Below the pieces are notes generated by a model. That model did no database searches. It was not told the origin of the DNA and was given only the letters and a program-made list of their open reading frames with translations. A program made the position numbers and the translations under genes. This document shows, piece by piece, positions 53,340 through 63,996 of a stretch of DNA of 64,000 nucleotides. The stretch lies in the NCBI GenBank assembly GCA_963765625.1, contig CAVXXD010000005.1, positions 191,113 to 255,112 on the forward strand, in the 5' to 3' direction. The stretch's first letter is position 1; each line of letters opens with the position of its first letter. Source of the DNA: an uncultured bacterium (GTDB taxonomy: Bacteria > Actinomycetota > Geothermincolia > Geothermincolales > Geothermincolaceae).

Positions 53340-54833
53340 TTATTTCTTCTTTTTCTTCTTCTTCTTGGAAGAAGACGTCGGCCCCTTGGTGGTCTTTTTA
53401 GTTCCGGGCTTGGCGGCAGGCTTCTTGGTGGTGGCCTTGGGCGCGCTCTGGGAAGCCGGCTTCTTCTTTGCGACCGCTTCCGTCTCTTCTTCGTCAGGTA
53501 CCATCTCCGCCTTGGTGGCCGACGGCGGTTTTGCGCTTACTTTCTCACCCTTCTTGTTCAGCACCACCTCGCGGGCGCCATGCTTTTCGGCCTTGGCCTT
53601 GAGCGAGGCGTACTTGGGCTCGGTCTCCTTCCAGAAGGTCAGGATGGGCGGGGCTACGAAGATGGACGAGTAGGCCCCCAACATGACCCCGATGAAGAGG
53701 GCGAAGGCGAAGTCCTTCAAGGTGTCCCCGCCGAAGATGAGGATGGTGAAGATGGGCAGCAGGGTGGTGAGGGTGGTGCCGATGGAGCGCATCAGGGTCT
53801 GGTTGATGCTGTCGTTGACCACGTCGCGGTAGGTCCGCCGCCCGGTGCGGTCCATGAGGTTGGCGTTCTCAGCGATGCGGTCGAAGACCACGATGGTGTC
53901 ATAGAGGGAGTACCCCATGATGGTGAGGAAGGCAATGACCGTGGCCGGCGTCACCTGCCTCCCGGTGAGGGCGTAGATGCCCACGGTGATCACTATGTCG
54001 TGGACCAGGGCCACGATGGACGGGACGGCCATCTTGAACTCGAAGCGGAAGGAGATGTAGATGAGGATAACGGCCAGGAAGACGGCCAGGCTGATGAGGG
54101 CCTTGCGGCTGACCTCCTTGCCCCATTCCGATCCCACCTGCTCCTCCGACTTGGTGATGATGTTGTAGGGGCTGCTGGTCAGGTCCTCGACCAGGGCCGC
54201 CTGAACCTGTTCGGCTTGGGCCGCCTGGTCGGCCGAGGCAGCCTCGCCGGTCAGGTCGAAGGTGACGATGATGTATTCACGGTCTTCGCCATTGACGCTC
54301 TCGGAGCCGCTGCTCACGCTGTACTGGCCGACACCCAGGTCGGTGTATCCGGCCATCAGGTCCTCCACGTAAGACGCGGGCGTGACGCTCTTCATGAACA
54401 CCTTGAGTACCCACTGGCCGTTCTCGTTCGGGGCCAGGGAGGCTACCTCCGGAGCATTCTCGTATCTGGCGATGAGGTCGTTCTTGACGCCGGAGATGAT
54501 GGCGCTGCGCGCCGCCTCGTCCTCGATGTAGGGCATGCGGATGGTGAGGGTGGTGCCGTCCTCGGAGACCTGAACGATGTGCTCGCTCAGCCCCTGATCG
54601 CTGTAGGTTTCGAGCAAGTCGTTGATCTCCGGCACGGTGGTGGGATTGTCCAGCTCCACCTTGAGCAGGTAGCCGCCCTCGAACTCGATGCCGAAATTTA
54701 TACCCTTGAAAGAGAGAGCCAGGATGGCCACCAGCAGGGCCACCGCGGAGAACATGAGGCCTTTCCAGATCAGGCCGGAGAACTTCTCCCGGCCGATGAA
54801 GTTGAACTTGTGCTCCTTCCCCTTGATGTACAT
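53340..54833 (-). CDS. secF: Protein translocase subunit SecF (with enlarged periplasmic domain and Lys-rich C-terminal tail)
   Basis: 497 aa; SecF TM core; C-terminus ends KKKKKKKK after a Lys/Pro/Thr-rich tail. Confidence 0.85.
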   Translation of the reverse strand: MYIKGKEHKFNFIGREKFSGLIWKGLMFSAVALLVAILALSFKGINFGIEFEGGYLLKVELDNPTTVPEINDLLETYSDQGLSEHIVQVSEDGTTLTIRMPYIEDEAARSAIISGVKNDLIARYENAPEVASLAPNENGQWVLKVFMKSVTPASYVEDLMAGYTDLGVGQYSVSSGSESVNGEDREYIIVTFDLTGEAASADQAAQAEQVQAALVEDLTSSPYNIITKSEEQVGSEWGKEVSRKALISLAVFLAVILIYISFRFEFKMAVPSIVALVHDIVITVGIYALTGRQVTPATVIAFLTIMGYSLYDTIVVFDRIAENANLMDRTGRRTYRDVVNDSINQTLMRSIGTTLTTLLPIFTILIFGGDTLKDFAFALFIGVMLGAYSSIFVAPPILTFWKETEPKYASLKAKAEKHGAREVVLNKKGEKVSAKPPSATKAEMVPDEEETEAVAKKKPASQSAPKATTKKPAAKPGTKKTTKGPTSSSKKKKKKKK

Positions 54834-56231
54834 CTAGGCCTCCTCCCCCTGTGCTTCCCGTCCCACGCCGAGCATGGCGGGCTTGCGGAAGATGTCCAGG
54901 CGGCCCAGCAGCACTACCACGTTGTGGGTGAAGCAGTAATTGATGAAGACATCCAGGACGGTGGAGAGGCCCAGGGTGAAGGCGAAGCCGCGCACCGGGC
55001 CGATGGCCAGCATCCACAGGATGAGGGCGGCGATGAAAGTGGAAAAGTCGGCGGCGATGACCGTGCGGAAGGAGTTCTTAAAGGCACGGTCGGCGGAAGA
55101 GCGCATGGTCTTGCCCATGCGTACTTCCTCCTTCAGCCGTTCGAAATAGACCACGCTGGAGTCGGCGGCGATACCGACGGAGACTATGATACCGGCGATA
55201 CCGGCCAGGGTCAGGGTCCAGCCGGCCCACTCGCCCAGCAGGCAGATGATGCCGTAGGTGAGGGCGCCGAAGAGGGCCATCTGCCCGATGGCCACCATGC
55301 CCAGGCCGCGATAGATGATCAGCATGTAGAGGAGCACGAGGATAAGGCCGGCGAGGCCGGCCAGCAGGGCCTTGTCGAGGGATTCGCGTCCCAGGGTGGG
55401 GCTGACCACCTCGGAAACCGGCATGGTGAAGTCCACCGGCAGGGCGCCAAGCTTGAGCACCAGGGCCAGGTCCTGCGCATGCTGCTTGTCAAAATCTCCG
55501 GTGATCTCCCCTTTGCCGTCGGTGATGGCGCTCTGAACCGCCGGATGCGACTCGATACTGTAGTCCAGCACGATGGCCAGCTGGTTCATGGGGGAGGTCT
55601 GCGGCTGCAGCTCAGTGGTCAGGTCGCCGAACTGCTTGGTGGCGGCGTCGGTCAGGGTGAAATTGATGAGCCAGCCGTTCTCGTTCTGGTTAACCGCCGC
55701 GGTGGCTGTGTTGATGACGTCGCCGGTGAGTCGGGTGGGCCCCAGCTTTATTTTGTAAACGTTGCCGTTTTCCTCTTTCTCCAGCACGATCTCCTGGTCC
55801 TTGAGGGCCTGGTAGGCCTGTTCGTCGGTGGAGTCGACCTGGGTGACTTCGGTGGTATCGTAGGCCGCGTCGCCCGCGGCCAGTATCTCCAGCACCTGGC
55901 GGAACTGGAGCTGAGCGGTGGAGCCGATGATCTTTTTGACGCGGTCGACATCCTTCTCGCCGGGTATCTGCACCAGCACACGGTTCTCTCCCTCCGCCGC
56001 CACCACCGGTTCGGTGAGGCCCAGGGCATTGATACGGTTGCGGATGATCTCCGCCGCTTTTTCCATGGTGTCGGCGTCGGTCTCCCCCACCGCCTGCATG
56101 GTGATGCTGATGCCGCCCTCCAGGTCCAGGCCCAGCTTGGGGCTCATATCCCCGATGATGACGGGGATATAGATGGCCAGCAGCACTCCCAGCACCAGCA
56201 CCAGCCATCCGACGTTATTTTTCAGCTTCAC
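54834..56231 (-). CDS. secD: Protein translocase subunit SecD
   Basis: 465 aa; SecD periplasmic domain and 6-TM RND-like core. Confidence 0.9.
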   Translation of the reverse strand: MKLKNNVGWLVLVLGVLLAIYIPVIIGDMSPKLGLDLEGGISITMQAVGETDADTMEKAAEIIRNRINALGLTEPVVAAEGENRVLVQIPGEKDVDRVKKIIGSTAQLQFRQVLEILAAGDAAYDTTEVTQVDSTDEQAYQALKDQEIVLEKEENGNVYKIKLGPTRLTGDVINTATAAVNQNENGWLINFTLTDAATKQFGDLTTELQPQTSPMNQLAIVLDYSIESHPAVQSAITDGKGEITGDFDKQHAQDLALVLKLGALPVDFTMPVSEVVSPTLGRESLDKALLAGLAGLILVLLYMLIIYRGLGMVAIGQMALFGALTYGIICLLGEWAGWTLTLAGIAGIIVSVGIAADSSVVYFERLKEEVRMGKTMRSSADRAFKNSFRTVIAADFSTFIAALILWMLAIGPVRGFAFTLGLSTVLDVFINYCFTHNVVVLLGRLDIFRKPAMLGVGREAQGEEA

Positions 56232-56317
56232 TGTGCACCTCCGTCTATCCCTCCATAATCGATGACCGGGTGATTGACCCGGCCATGGATGTAAACCATT
56301 CCAAGGACATCTCCGCC

Positions 56318-56848
56318 CTAGGCTTTGCCGCCCTTTTTGTTCTGCTTCCCGGCCTTCTCTTCGTCCCCGGCCGGTTCCGCTTCCACGGCATCCTCTTCCG
56401 GAACTTCCTCCGCTTCCTCGAGAGCCGCGGCTTCTGTCTCCTCGACGGGCTCTTCCTCGGACTCTTCAGCCTCTTCTTCTTTCGCCTGCTCCTTCTCCGC
56501 CTGCCTCTCGGCCTTCCTCTCCAGGGCGGTGAGGTTGCGGGCGACGGAACTCTTGGCGATGCGGACCTCCACTCCTTCGCTCACCTCGATGAGCATGGTG
56601 TCGTCCTCGAGCTCGGTGATGAACCCGTAGATCCCGCCCTGGATGATGACCTCGTCACCCGTCTTGGCGGTGTCGATAAGCTCCGCCTGGTCGCGCATGC
56701 GCTTCTGCTGCGGGCGCCAGAGCATGAAATAGAAGATCACCGCGAAGAGCACGATGATGATGATGAAGCTGTAGGAACTGGAACCGCCCGAGGTTTCTTC
56801 TTGAGCGAGCACCATGGCCTGCTGAGCCAGTAACATGGCCGTTAACAT
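56318..56848 (-). CDS. yajC: Preprotein translocase subunit YajC (with long acidic C-terminal extension)
   Basis: 176 aa; single TM + YajC core (GDEVIIQGGIYGFITELED) followed by a ~70-aa Glu/Ala-rich tail. Confidence 0.8.
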   Translation of the reverse strand: MLTAMLLAQQAMVLAQEETSGGSSSYSFIIIIVLFAVIFYFMLWRPQQKRMRDQAELIDTAKTGDEVIIQGGIYGFITELEDDTMLIEVSEGVEVRIAKSSVARNLTALERKAERQAEKEQAKEEEAEESEEEPVEETEAAALEEAEEVPEEDAVEAEPAGDEEKAGKQNKKGGKA

Positions 56849-56899
56849 CCGTATGTACCACCTTTCATTCCCGAGCCGCCTACGCTTGAGACGGCCGAA

Positions 56900-58003
56900 T
56901 TATTCCGCACGGTTCCAGCCTTTCCAGGCGGAAACGAACTGGTCCATTCTACCAGCTTTTATCGCGCTTCTGCAATCCGTCAGAAGTGCCTGCATAAAGG
57001 CGAGGTTGTGCTCCGTTAAAAGCATGTGGGCGAGGATCTCATTGTTTAAGAAGAGGTGGCGGATGTAAGCCCGGCTGAAGCCCCGGCAGGCGGCGCACCC
57101 GCAACCATCCTCCAGGGGCGAGAAGTTGTCGCGATGGATGGAATTACGCAGGTTGAGACGGCCCTGCCGGGTGAGAGCGGACCCGTTGCGGGCCAGGCGG
57201 GTGGGGAGGACGGAGTCGAACATGTCCACTCCCTGGGCGACGGCCTCCACCAGGCCCTCGGGGTCCCCCACCCCCATGAGGTAACGGGGCTTCCCGGCCG
57301 GCAGGTACCCGATCTGACCAGCCAGCGTTTCCAGCATCAGCTCCCGCGGCTCACCTACGCTCAGGCCGCCAATACCGTAGCCGGGGAAATCGAGCTCCAC
57401 CGTGAGCTCGGCCGAGCGCCGCCGCTCCGCCGGCCAGGTGCCTCCCTGCACTATGGCGAAGAGAGCCTGCCGGGGATGGCGATGAGCCTGCCGGCAGCGC
57501 TTGGCCCAGCGCCAGGTGAGGTCCACCGAGTCCCGAACGTAGGCCTGCTCGCAGGGCCAGGGGGCGCATTCGTCCAGCACCATGGCGATGTCGGAGCCGA
57601 AGGCCTCCTGGGCCCGCACCGCTTCCTCGGGGGAGAAGAAGACCTCCGCGCCGTCGTAGACCGATCGGAAAGTCACGCCTTCTTCCGAGAGCTTAAGAGT
57701 TTTAGAGAGAGAGAAGACCTGGTAGCCACCGGAGTCGGTGAGGAGGGCACCGCTCCAGCCGTTGAAGGCGTGCAACCCGCCGGCCGCCTCGATGACCTCG
57801 AGGCCGGGGCGGAGGTAGAGGTGGTAGGTGTTGGCCAGCACCAGGCCGTATCCCATCTCCCTCACCCGCTCCGGCATGACCGCCTTGACCGAGCCGCGTG
57901 TGCCCACCGGCATGAACACCGGGGTTTCCACGTCGCCGTGGGCGGTGTGGAGTACGCCGCAGCGGGCGGCCGTTCTGCTGTCTTTCGCGGTTATGGTAAA
58001 CAT
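56900..58003 (-). CDS. tgt: Queuine tRNA-ribosyltransferase
   Basis: 367 aa; TGT catalytic motifs and zinc site CGCAAC. Confidence 0.92.
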   Translation of the reverse strand: MFTITAKDSRTAARCGVLHTAHGDVETPVFMPVGTRGSVKAVMPERVREMGYGLVLANTYHLYLRPGLEVIEAAGGLHAFNGWSGALLTDSGGYQVFSLSKTLKLSEEGVTFRSVYDGAEVFFSPEEAVRAQEAFGSDIAMVLDECAPWPCEQAYVRDSVDLTWRWAKRCRQAHRHPRQALFAIVQGGTWPAERRRSAELTVELDFPGYGIGGLSVGEPRELMLETLAGQIGYLPAGKPRYLMGVGDPEGLVEAVAQGVDMFDSVLPTRLARNGSALTRQGRLNLRNSIHRDNFSPLEDGCGCAACRGFSRAYIRHLFLNNEILAHMLLTEHNLAFMQALLTDCRSAIKAGRMDQFVSAWKGWNRAE

Positions 58004-58007
58004 GTTT

Positions 58008-59038
58008 TCACATTATAAGCATGGCGTCGCCGAAGCTGAAGAAGCGATAACATTCTTCGACCGCTTCACGGTAGGCGCGCATCACCAGTTCCCGCCCCCG
58101 AAGGCGCAGGCCAGCATGAGCAGCGTGGAGCGCGGCAGGTGGAAGTTGGTGAGCAGCACGTCGACGGTGCCAAAGGAATATCCCGGGTAGATGAAGAGGC
58201 TGGTGCCGCCGCGGAAGGGCCGCAGCGCCCCCTCGCTCCAGGCCGTCTCCAGGGAGCGCACCACCGTCGTGCCCACCGCCACCACCCGGCCGCCCTCCCG
58301 GCGTGTCCGGTTTACCAGGGAGCATGTCTCCTCCCCCACTTCTACCTCCTCGGAGTGCATGGGATGGTCCTCCACTATCTCGGACCGCACCGGGCGGAAG
58401 GTGTCCAGGCCGATCTCCAGGTCGACGTAGCCCGTCTCCACCCCCATGGCCCGCGCTTCCTCGAGGGTGCCCGGGGTAAAGTGGAGACCGGCGGTGGGGG
58501 CGGCCACCGACCCGGTGCGCGCGGCGTAGACGGTCTGGTAGCGCTCCCCATCCTCGAGTTCTTCTTTGACATAAGGGGGCAGGGGCACCCGGCCCAGTTC
58601 CTCGATGAGCTCATCCGGCGGCTCCCCGGACCTGGGAAGAAGCTCCACCCGCAGCTCACCCGAGCCCAGGTTCTCCGCCACCCTGACCTCGAGACGCCCA
58701 GCTTCCACCACCACGATGTCACCGGAGCGCAGGCGGCGGGAAGGCCGCCCCAGAGCCTCCCACTTCAGGTGGGCCCGGTCCAGGGGGCGCAGCAGGAGTA
58801 TCTCCGCCCGCCCTCCTCCGCGCAGCTTGCCGGGCAAGCGTGCCTTACGCACCCGGTTGCGGTTGAGGACCAGGGCGTCGCCCTTAGCCAGGTGGGACGC
58901 GAAATCCGTGAAGGCAAGGTGCTCGATACTGCCCCCGTCCCGCCTGACCACCAGCAGCCGTGAGGCGTCCCTGGGCTCGACGGGGTGCTGGGCGATGAGC
59001 TCGGGGGGCAGCTCGTAGTCGAACAGGTCTACCCGCAT
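58008..59038 (-). CDS. queA: S-adenosylmethionine:tRNA ribosyltransferase-isomerase QueA (reading frame interrupted by an apparent 1-nt indel near 58085-58100)
   Basis: N-terminal 318 aa in one frame (58082-59038, MRVDLFDYELPPELIAQHP...LACAFGGGNW*). The conserved QueA C-terminus ...GRELVMRAYREAVEECYRFFSFGDAMLIM continues in another frame (58008-58325). The shift lies in a gggggcggg run. Confidence 0.75.
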
Positions 59039-59574
59039 GTTTTTTTCTTGTCGTAACGCTCCCGCTCACTGAAGATACAGCCGCAGTAAGGCTGGGCGTA
59101 GAGGGCGCGCGAACGCGCATCCTGCAGGCCTTCGCGGTAGTAACCGCGGCCGTCCCAGGCCAGGAAGCGCTGGCCCCGGCTGGCCGCGATGGACTCGCCC
59201 AGCAGCTTGAGCATGTCGTGCTTCTGCCAGGGGCTGGCCAGCAGGGTGGTGGTGAAGGTGTTGAAGCCTTCCTCCATGGCATAGTCGGCCGTCCTCCGCA
59301 GGCGCAGGCGGTAGCACATCTCGCAGCGGTTCTCCTCACGGAAGGAGACGGCGCGGATCCAGTCCTCCGGTTCCCACGGGAGCACTTCGTAGCTGAAGCC
59401 CTCCGAGTCCATGTAGGACTGGAAGGAATCGAGCCGCATCTTGTATTCGCTCCAGGGGTGGATGTTGGGGTTGTAGAAGATGAACCGGGTAGTGTCGCGC
59501 TCCACCGCCATCTCGTGGTCGAGGACGAGGGAGCAAGGCCCGCAACAAGCGTCGATGAGCAATCTCTCCGCCAC
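59029..59574 (-). CDS. queH: Epoxyqueuosine reductase QueH (DUF208)
   Basis: 181 aa; IDACCGPCS Cys cluster and DUF208 core. Confidence 0.8.
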   Translation of the reverse strand: MAERLLIDACCGPCSLVLDHEMAVERDTTRFIFYNPNIHPWSEYKMRLDSFQSYMDSEGFSYEVLPWEPEDWIRAVSFREENRCEMCYRLRLRRTADYAMEEGFNTFTTTLLASPWQKHDMLKLLGESIAASRGQRFLAWDGRGYYREGLQDARSRALYAQPYCGCIFSERERYDKKKTCG

Positions 59575-59576
59575 GT

Positions 59577-60599
59577 TCAGAAGAGCCTTTCTCTTTCCGC
59601 CCCGCCGCCGCCCGCCAGTCCCAGGTGGCGGTAGGCGTTCTCGGTCACCACCCGGCCCCGCGGGGTGCGCTGCAGGAAGCCCTCCTGCATGAGGAAGGGC
59701 TCGTAGACCTCCTCGATGGTGTCGATCTCCTCGCCCACCGAGGCCGCCAGGGTGTTGATGCCCACCGGCCCCCCGCCGAACTTGACGATGATGGCCTCGA
59801 GGATCATTTTGTCCACCTTGTCCAGGCCGCGGGCGTCCACCTCGAACAGCTCCAGGGCCTCGTCGGCCACCTTGCGGTCGATGAAACCCTCCGCCTTCAC
59901 CTGGGCATAATCCCGCACCCGTCGCAGCAGCCGGTTGGCGATGCGCGGCGTGCCGCGCGAACGCAGGGCTATCTCCCCCGCACCTTCGACATCGGCATCC
60001 ACGCCCAGGATGCGCGCCGAACGCTCGACGATGCGGGCCATCTCGGCGTGGTTATAGTAGTCGAAGCGGGAATGGACGCCGAAGCGGTCGCGCAGTGGGG
60101 CCGTAAGCAGGCCGGAACGGGTGGTGGCGCCCACCAGTGTGAAGCTGGGGAGGTCCAGCCGGATGGAGCGGGCCGCCGGCCCCTTGCCGATGATGATGTC
60201 CAGTTTGCGGTCCTCCATGGCCGGGTAGAGCACTTCCTCCACCGTACGGTTGATGCGATGGATCTCGTCGATGAAGAGGACGTCACCGTCGACCAGGTTG
60301 GTGAGGATGGCCGCCAGGTCGCCTGCCCGCTCCATGGCCGGCCCCGAGGTCTGCTTCATCCCCGCCCCCATCTCGTTGGCGATGATCGTCGCCATGGTGG
60401 TTTTACCCAGTCCCGGGGGGCCGGAGAGGAGGACGTGGTCCAGGCTCTCTCCCCGTTCCCGCGCCGCCGAGATGAATATGTGGAAATGCTCGCGCAGGCG
60501 GTCCTGGCCGATGAACTCGTCCAGGTGGCGCGGACGCAGGGTGAGGTCGAGCTCGCGTTCTTCTTCGGTCAGCTGGGGGTCGAGGAGGCGGTCTTCCAT
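59577..60599 (-). CDS. ruvB: Holliday junction branch migration ATPase RuvB
   Basis: 340 aa; AAA+ Walker [10 protein letters not shown] and RuvB C-terminal domain. Confidence 0.95.
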   Translation of the reverse strand: MEDRLLDPQLTEEERELDLTLRPRHLDEFIGQDRLREHFHIFISAARERGESLDHVLLSGPPGLGKTTMATIIANEMGAGMKQTSGPAMERAGDLAAILTNLVDGDVLFIDEIHRINRTVEEVLYPAMEDRKLDIIIGKGPAARSIRLDLPSFTLVGATTRSGLLTAPLRDRFGVHSRFDYYNHAEMARIVERSARILGVDADVEGAGEIALRSRGTPRIANRLLRRVRDYAQVKAEGFIDRKVADEALELFEVDARGLDKVDKMILEAIIVKFGGGPVGINTLAASVGEEIDTIEEVYEPFLMQEGFLQRTPRGRVVTENAYRHLGLAGGGGAERERLF

Positions 60600-60611
60600 G
60601 GCTCCTGCCCC

Positions 60612-61205
60612 TTACTCCCCGCCCAGGTGGGTCAGGGCGTAGCGGATGAGCTGCTCGACCTCGGGCTCCCCGTCGCCGGTGTAGCCCTCCAGGGCCTTTG
60701 CCGCCTCGGCCGGGGAGTAACCCAGGCCACGCAGGGCTTCGCGAGCGTCCCGCAGCGTCTCGCCGGAGACCGGGCCGGCCATCCCGGCCAGTTCCTCGGG
60801 GAAAGGGCCCAGCCTGTCCTTCAACTCCATCAGCAGGCGCTGGCCGGACTTTTTCCCCACCCCGGGGATGGTGGTAAGGGAGTCCAGGTCCCCGGTGGCC
60901 ACCACCCTCAACAGGTCGTCCGGCTTGAAGGCCGAGAGTATGACCAGGGCCATGCGCGGCCCCACTCCGCTGACGCAGATGAGCTGGAGGAAGAATTCCT
61001 TCTCGCGGGGGTCGGCGAAACCGTAGAGTTGCAACAGGTCCTCCCGCACGTGGAGGTGGCTTAAGAGCCTGACCTTCGACCCGAGCTGCGGCAGGCTCTC
61101 CAGAGTGCGGCCGGAGACGAAGAGCTGCAGGCCCAGGCCACCCACTTCCACCACGGCCGAGTCCTCCCGCTTTTCTGCCAGCTTTCCTTCCACCGAGGCT
61201 ATCAA
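60612..61205 (-). CDS. ruvA: Holliday junction DNA helicase RuvA
   Basis: 197 aa; OB + HhH2 + C-terminal domain III pattern. Confidence 0.9.
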   Translation of the reverse strand: MIASVEGKLAEKREDSAVVEVGGLGLQLFVSGRTLESLPQLGSKVRLLSHLHVREDLLQLYGFADPREKEFFLQLICVSGVGPRMALVILSAFKPDDLLRVVATGDLDSLTTIPGVGKKSGQRLLMELKDRLGPFPEELAGMAGPVSGETLRDAREALRGLGYSPAEAAKALEGYTGDGEPEVEQLIRYALTHLGGE

Positions 61206-61233
61206 TACTCCGTTGCTCCTTATCCCGGCAGGG

Positions 61234-61731
61234 CTAGGTCGCCCCGTCGATATACTTTTTCATATTGGCGGACTGCAGGTGGCAAAGGGCCAGGGCCAGG
61301 GCGTCCGAAGCATGGGAGGAAGGCAGCTTGCCTTCGATCCCCAGCAGGGCCTTGACCATGTACCCGACCTGGTCCTTGCTGGCCCGCCCGTTGCCCACCA
61401 TGGACATCTTTACCTCCAGGGGCGTGTACTCGCCCACCTCCACCCCGGCGCGCTGAGCGGCCAGGATGATGACGCCCCGGGCCTGGCCCACGTTCATGGC
61501 GCTACGGACATTGGCATTGAAGAAGAGCTGCTCCACTGCCACTGCCTGAGGGGCGTAGGTGCGCAGCAGTTCCTCGGTCTCCGTGAATATCTTATCCAGG
61601 CGCTCCGACAAAAGGGCCCCGGGGGAGGTCTGGATGCCTCCGTATCCCAGGGTCCGTACGCGGTTTCCTTCCGACTCCACCACCCCGTAGCCGGTGTTGG
61701 CCAGGCCGGGGTCGATGCCCATGACTATCAC
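61234..61731 (-). CDS. ruvC: Crossover junction endodeoxyribonuclease RuvC
   Basis: 165 aa; MIVMGIDPGLANTGYGV RNase H-like catalytic motif. Confidence 0.9.
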   Translation of the reverse strand: MIVMGIDPGLANTGYGVVESEGNRVRTLGYGGIQTSPGALLSERLDKIFTETEELLRTYAPQAVAVEQLFFNANVRSAMNVGQARGVIILAAQRAGVEVGEYTPLEVKMSMVGNGRASKDQVGYMVKALLGIEGKLPSSHASDALALALCHLQSANMKKYIDGAT

Positions 61732-61737
61732 CAGCGG

Positions 61738-62496
61738 TTACCCTTCCTGCGAGAGCTCCTCCATCACTTCGTCGGAGATGTCGAAGTTGGAGTAGACCTC
61801 CTGCACGTCGTCGTTTTCTTCCAGGGCGTCGATGAGCCTGAGGATCTTCTTGGCCGTGTCCTTTTCCAGCTGGACGGTGTTTTTAGGCAACATGGTGATC
61901 TCGGCCGAGGCGAAGGCGATATCCCTGGCCTGCAGGCTCTCCAGCACCCCCCGAAAACTCTCGGAGTCGGTGGTGATCTCAAAGAGGTCGTCTTCGGCGC
62001 TCATGTCCTCTGCTCCCGCCTCCAGGGCGATCTCCAGCAGGTCGTCCTCTTCCACCCCGGTGTCCCGGTTCACGGTGATTACCCCCTTGCGCTCGAACAT
62101 CCAGGCGACGCTTCCGGTGGTACCCAGGGAGCCCCCGGCCCGGTTGAAGATGCGCCGGACGTCGGCGGCGGCGCGGTTGCGGTTGTCGGTCATGACGTCG
62201 ACCATCACCGCCACGCCGTTGACGCCGTAACCCTCGTAGGTGATGTTCTCGAAGATGACCCCGCCGGACTCCCCGGTGCCCCGCTTGATGGCCCGCTCGA
62301 TGTTTTCCTTGGGCATGGAGTAGCTCTTGGCTTTTTCGATGGCGTTGGCCAGCGAGACGTTCATGTCCGGATTGCCCCCGCCGTCCTTCGCCGCCACCAT
62401 GATGGCGCGGGAAAGCTTCGAGAACAACTGCCCCCGCTTGGCGTCTTCGGCGCCTTTCTTGTGCTTGATGGATGACCACTTGGAATGTCCGGACAT
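61738..62496 (-). CDS. yebC: YebC/PmpR family DNA-binding transcriptional regulator
   Basis: 252 aa; MSGHSKWSSIKHKKG signature N-terminus. Confidence 0.88.
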   Translation of the reverse strand: MSGHSKWSSIKHKKGAEDAKRGQLFSKLSRAIMVAAKDGGGNPDMNVSLANAIEKAKSYSMPKENIERAIKRGTGESGGVIFENITYEGYGVNGVAVMVDVMTDNRNRAAADVRRIFNRAGGSLGTTGSVAWMFERKGVITVNRDTGVEEDDLLEIALEAGAEDMSAEDDLFEITTDSESFRGVLESLQARDIAFASAEITMLPKNTVQLEKDTAKKILRLIDALEENDDVQEVYSNFDISDEVMEELSQEG

Positions 62497-63101
62497 GACT
62501 CCTCCTTCTTATGCTTATACTCCTCCACCATGTGGATGAAATAGCGGTGTATCCGGTCGTCGTCGGTGAGCTCGGGGTGGAAAGCGCCGGCCAGCAACCG
62601 CCCCTGGCGCGCCATGACCACACGGTCCCGGCAGATTGAGAGCACTTCCACGCCCTCTCCCGTCTCTTCTATCCAGGGAGCCCTTATGAAGATCGCCCGG
62701 AAGGGACGGTCCGCCTGTTCTATTCCTTTGACTTCCAGGTCGGCCTCGAAGCTGTCCACCTGCCGCCCGAAGGCATTGCGGCGGGCTACCATGTCCATCA
62801 GGCCCAGAAGCGGCTGCTCACCTTCGGCCACCCGTTTCGCCAGCACGATGAGGCCGGCGCAGGTGCCGAAGATGGGCAGGCCGTCCGCCGCGCGCTCCCG
62901 CAGCTTGTCACCGAAGCCGTCCCGCACGATGAGCTTGCCGATGGTGGTGCTCTCCCCGCCCGGGATGATCAGGCCATCACAGGAAAGAAGCTCTGAGGGA
63001 TACTTGACCTCGGTCCCTCGAGCTCCGCAGCGCTTGAGCATGTTCAGGTGCTCGCGCACCGCCCCCTGCAGGGCCAGCACGCCGATGGTCGTTACGCTCA
63101 T
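62361..63101 (-). CDS. pdxT: Pyridoxal 5'-phosphate synthase glutaminase subunit PdxT (3' end uncertain)
   Basis: Class I glutamine amidotransferase (GTCAGLIVL, HPELT). Homology ends near ...MVEEYKHKKEE at ~62490, but the ORF runs a further ~45 codons with no stop, overlapping the yebC start by ~136 nt. Confidence 0.75.
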   Translation of the reverse strand: MSVTTIGVLALQGAVREHLNMLKRCGARGTEVKYPSELLSCDGLIIPGGESTTIGKLIVRDGFGDKLRERAADGLPIFGTCAGLIVLAKRVAEGEQPLLGLMDMVARRNAFGRQVDSFEADLEVKGIEQADRPFRAIFIRAPWIEETGEGVEVLSICRDRVVMARQGRLLAGAFHPELTDDDRIHRYFIHMVEEYKHKKEESCPDIPSGHPSSTRKAPKTPSGGSCSRSFPAPSWWRRRTAGAIRT

Positions 63102-63129
63102 GTGCCTCCCGCGTTTCTCGCCCCGCGGC

Positions 63130-63996
<867 letters not shown>

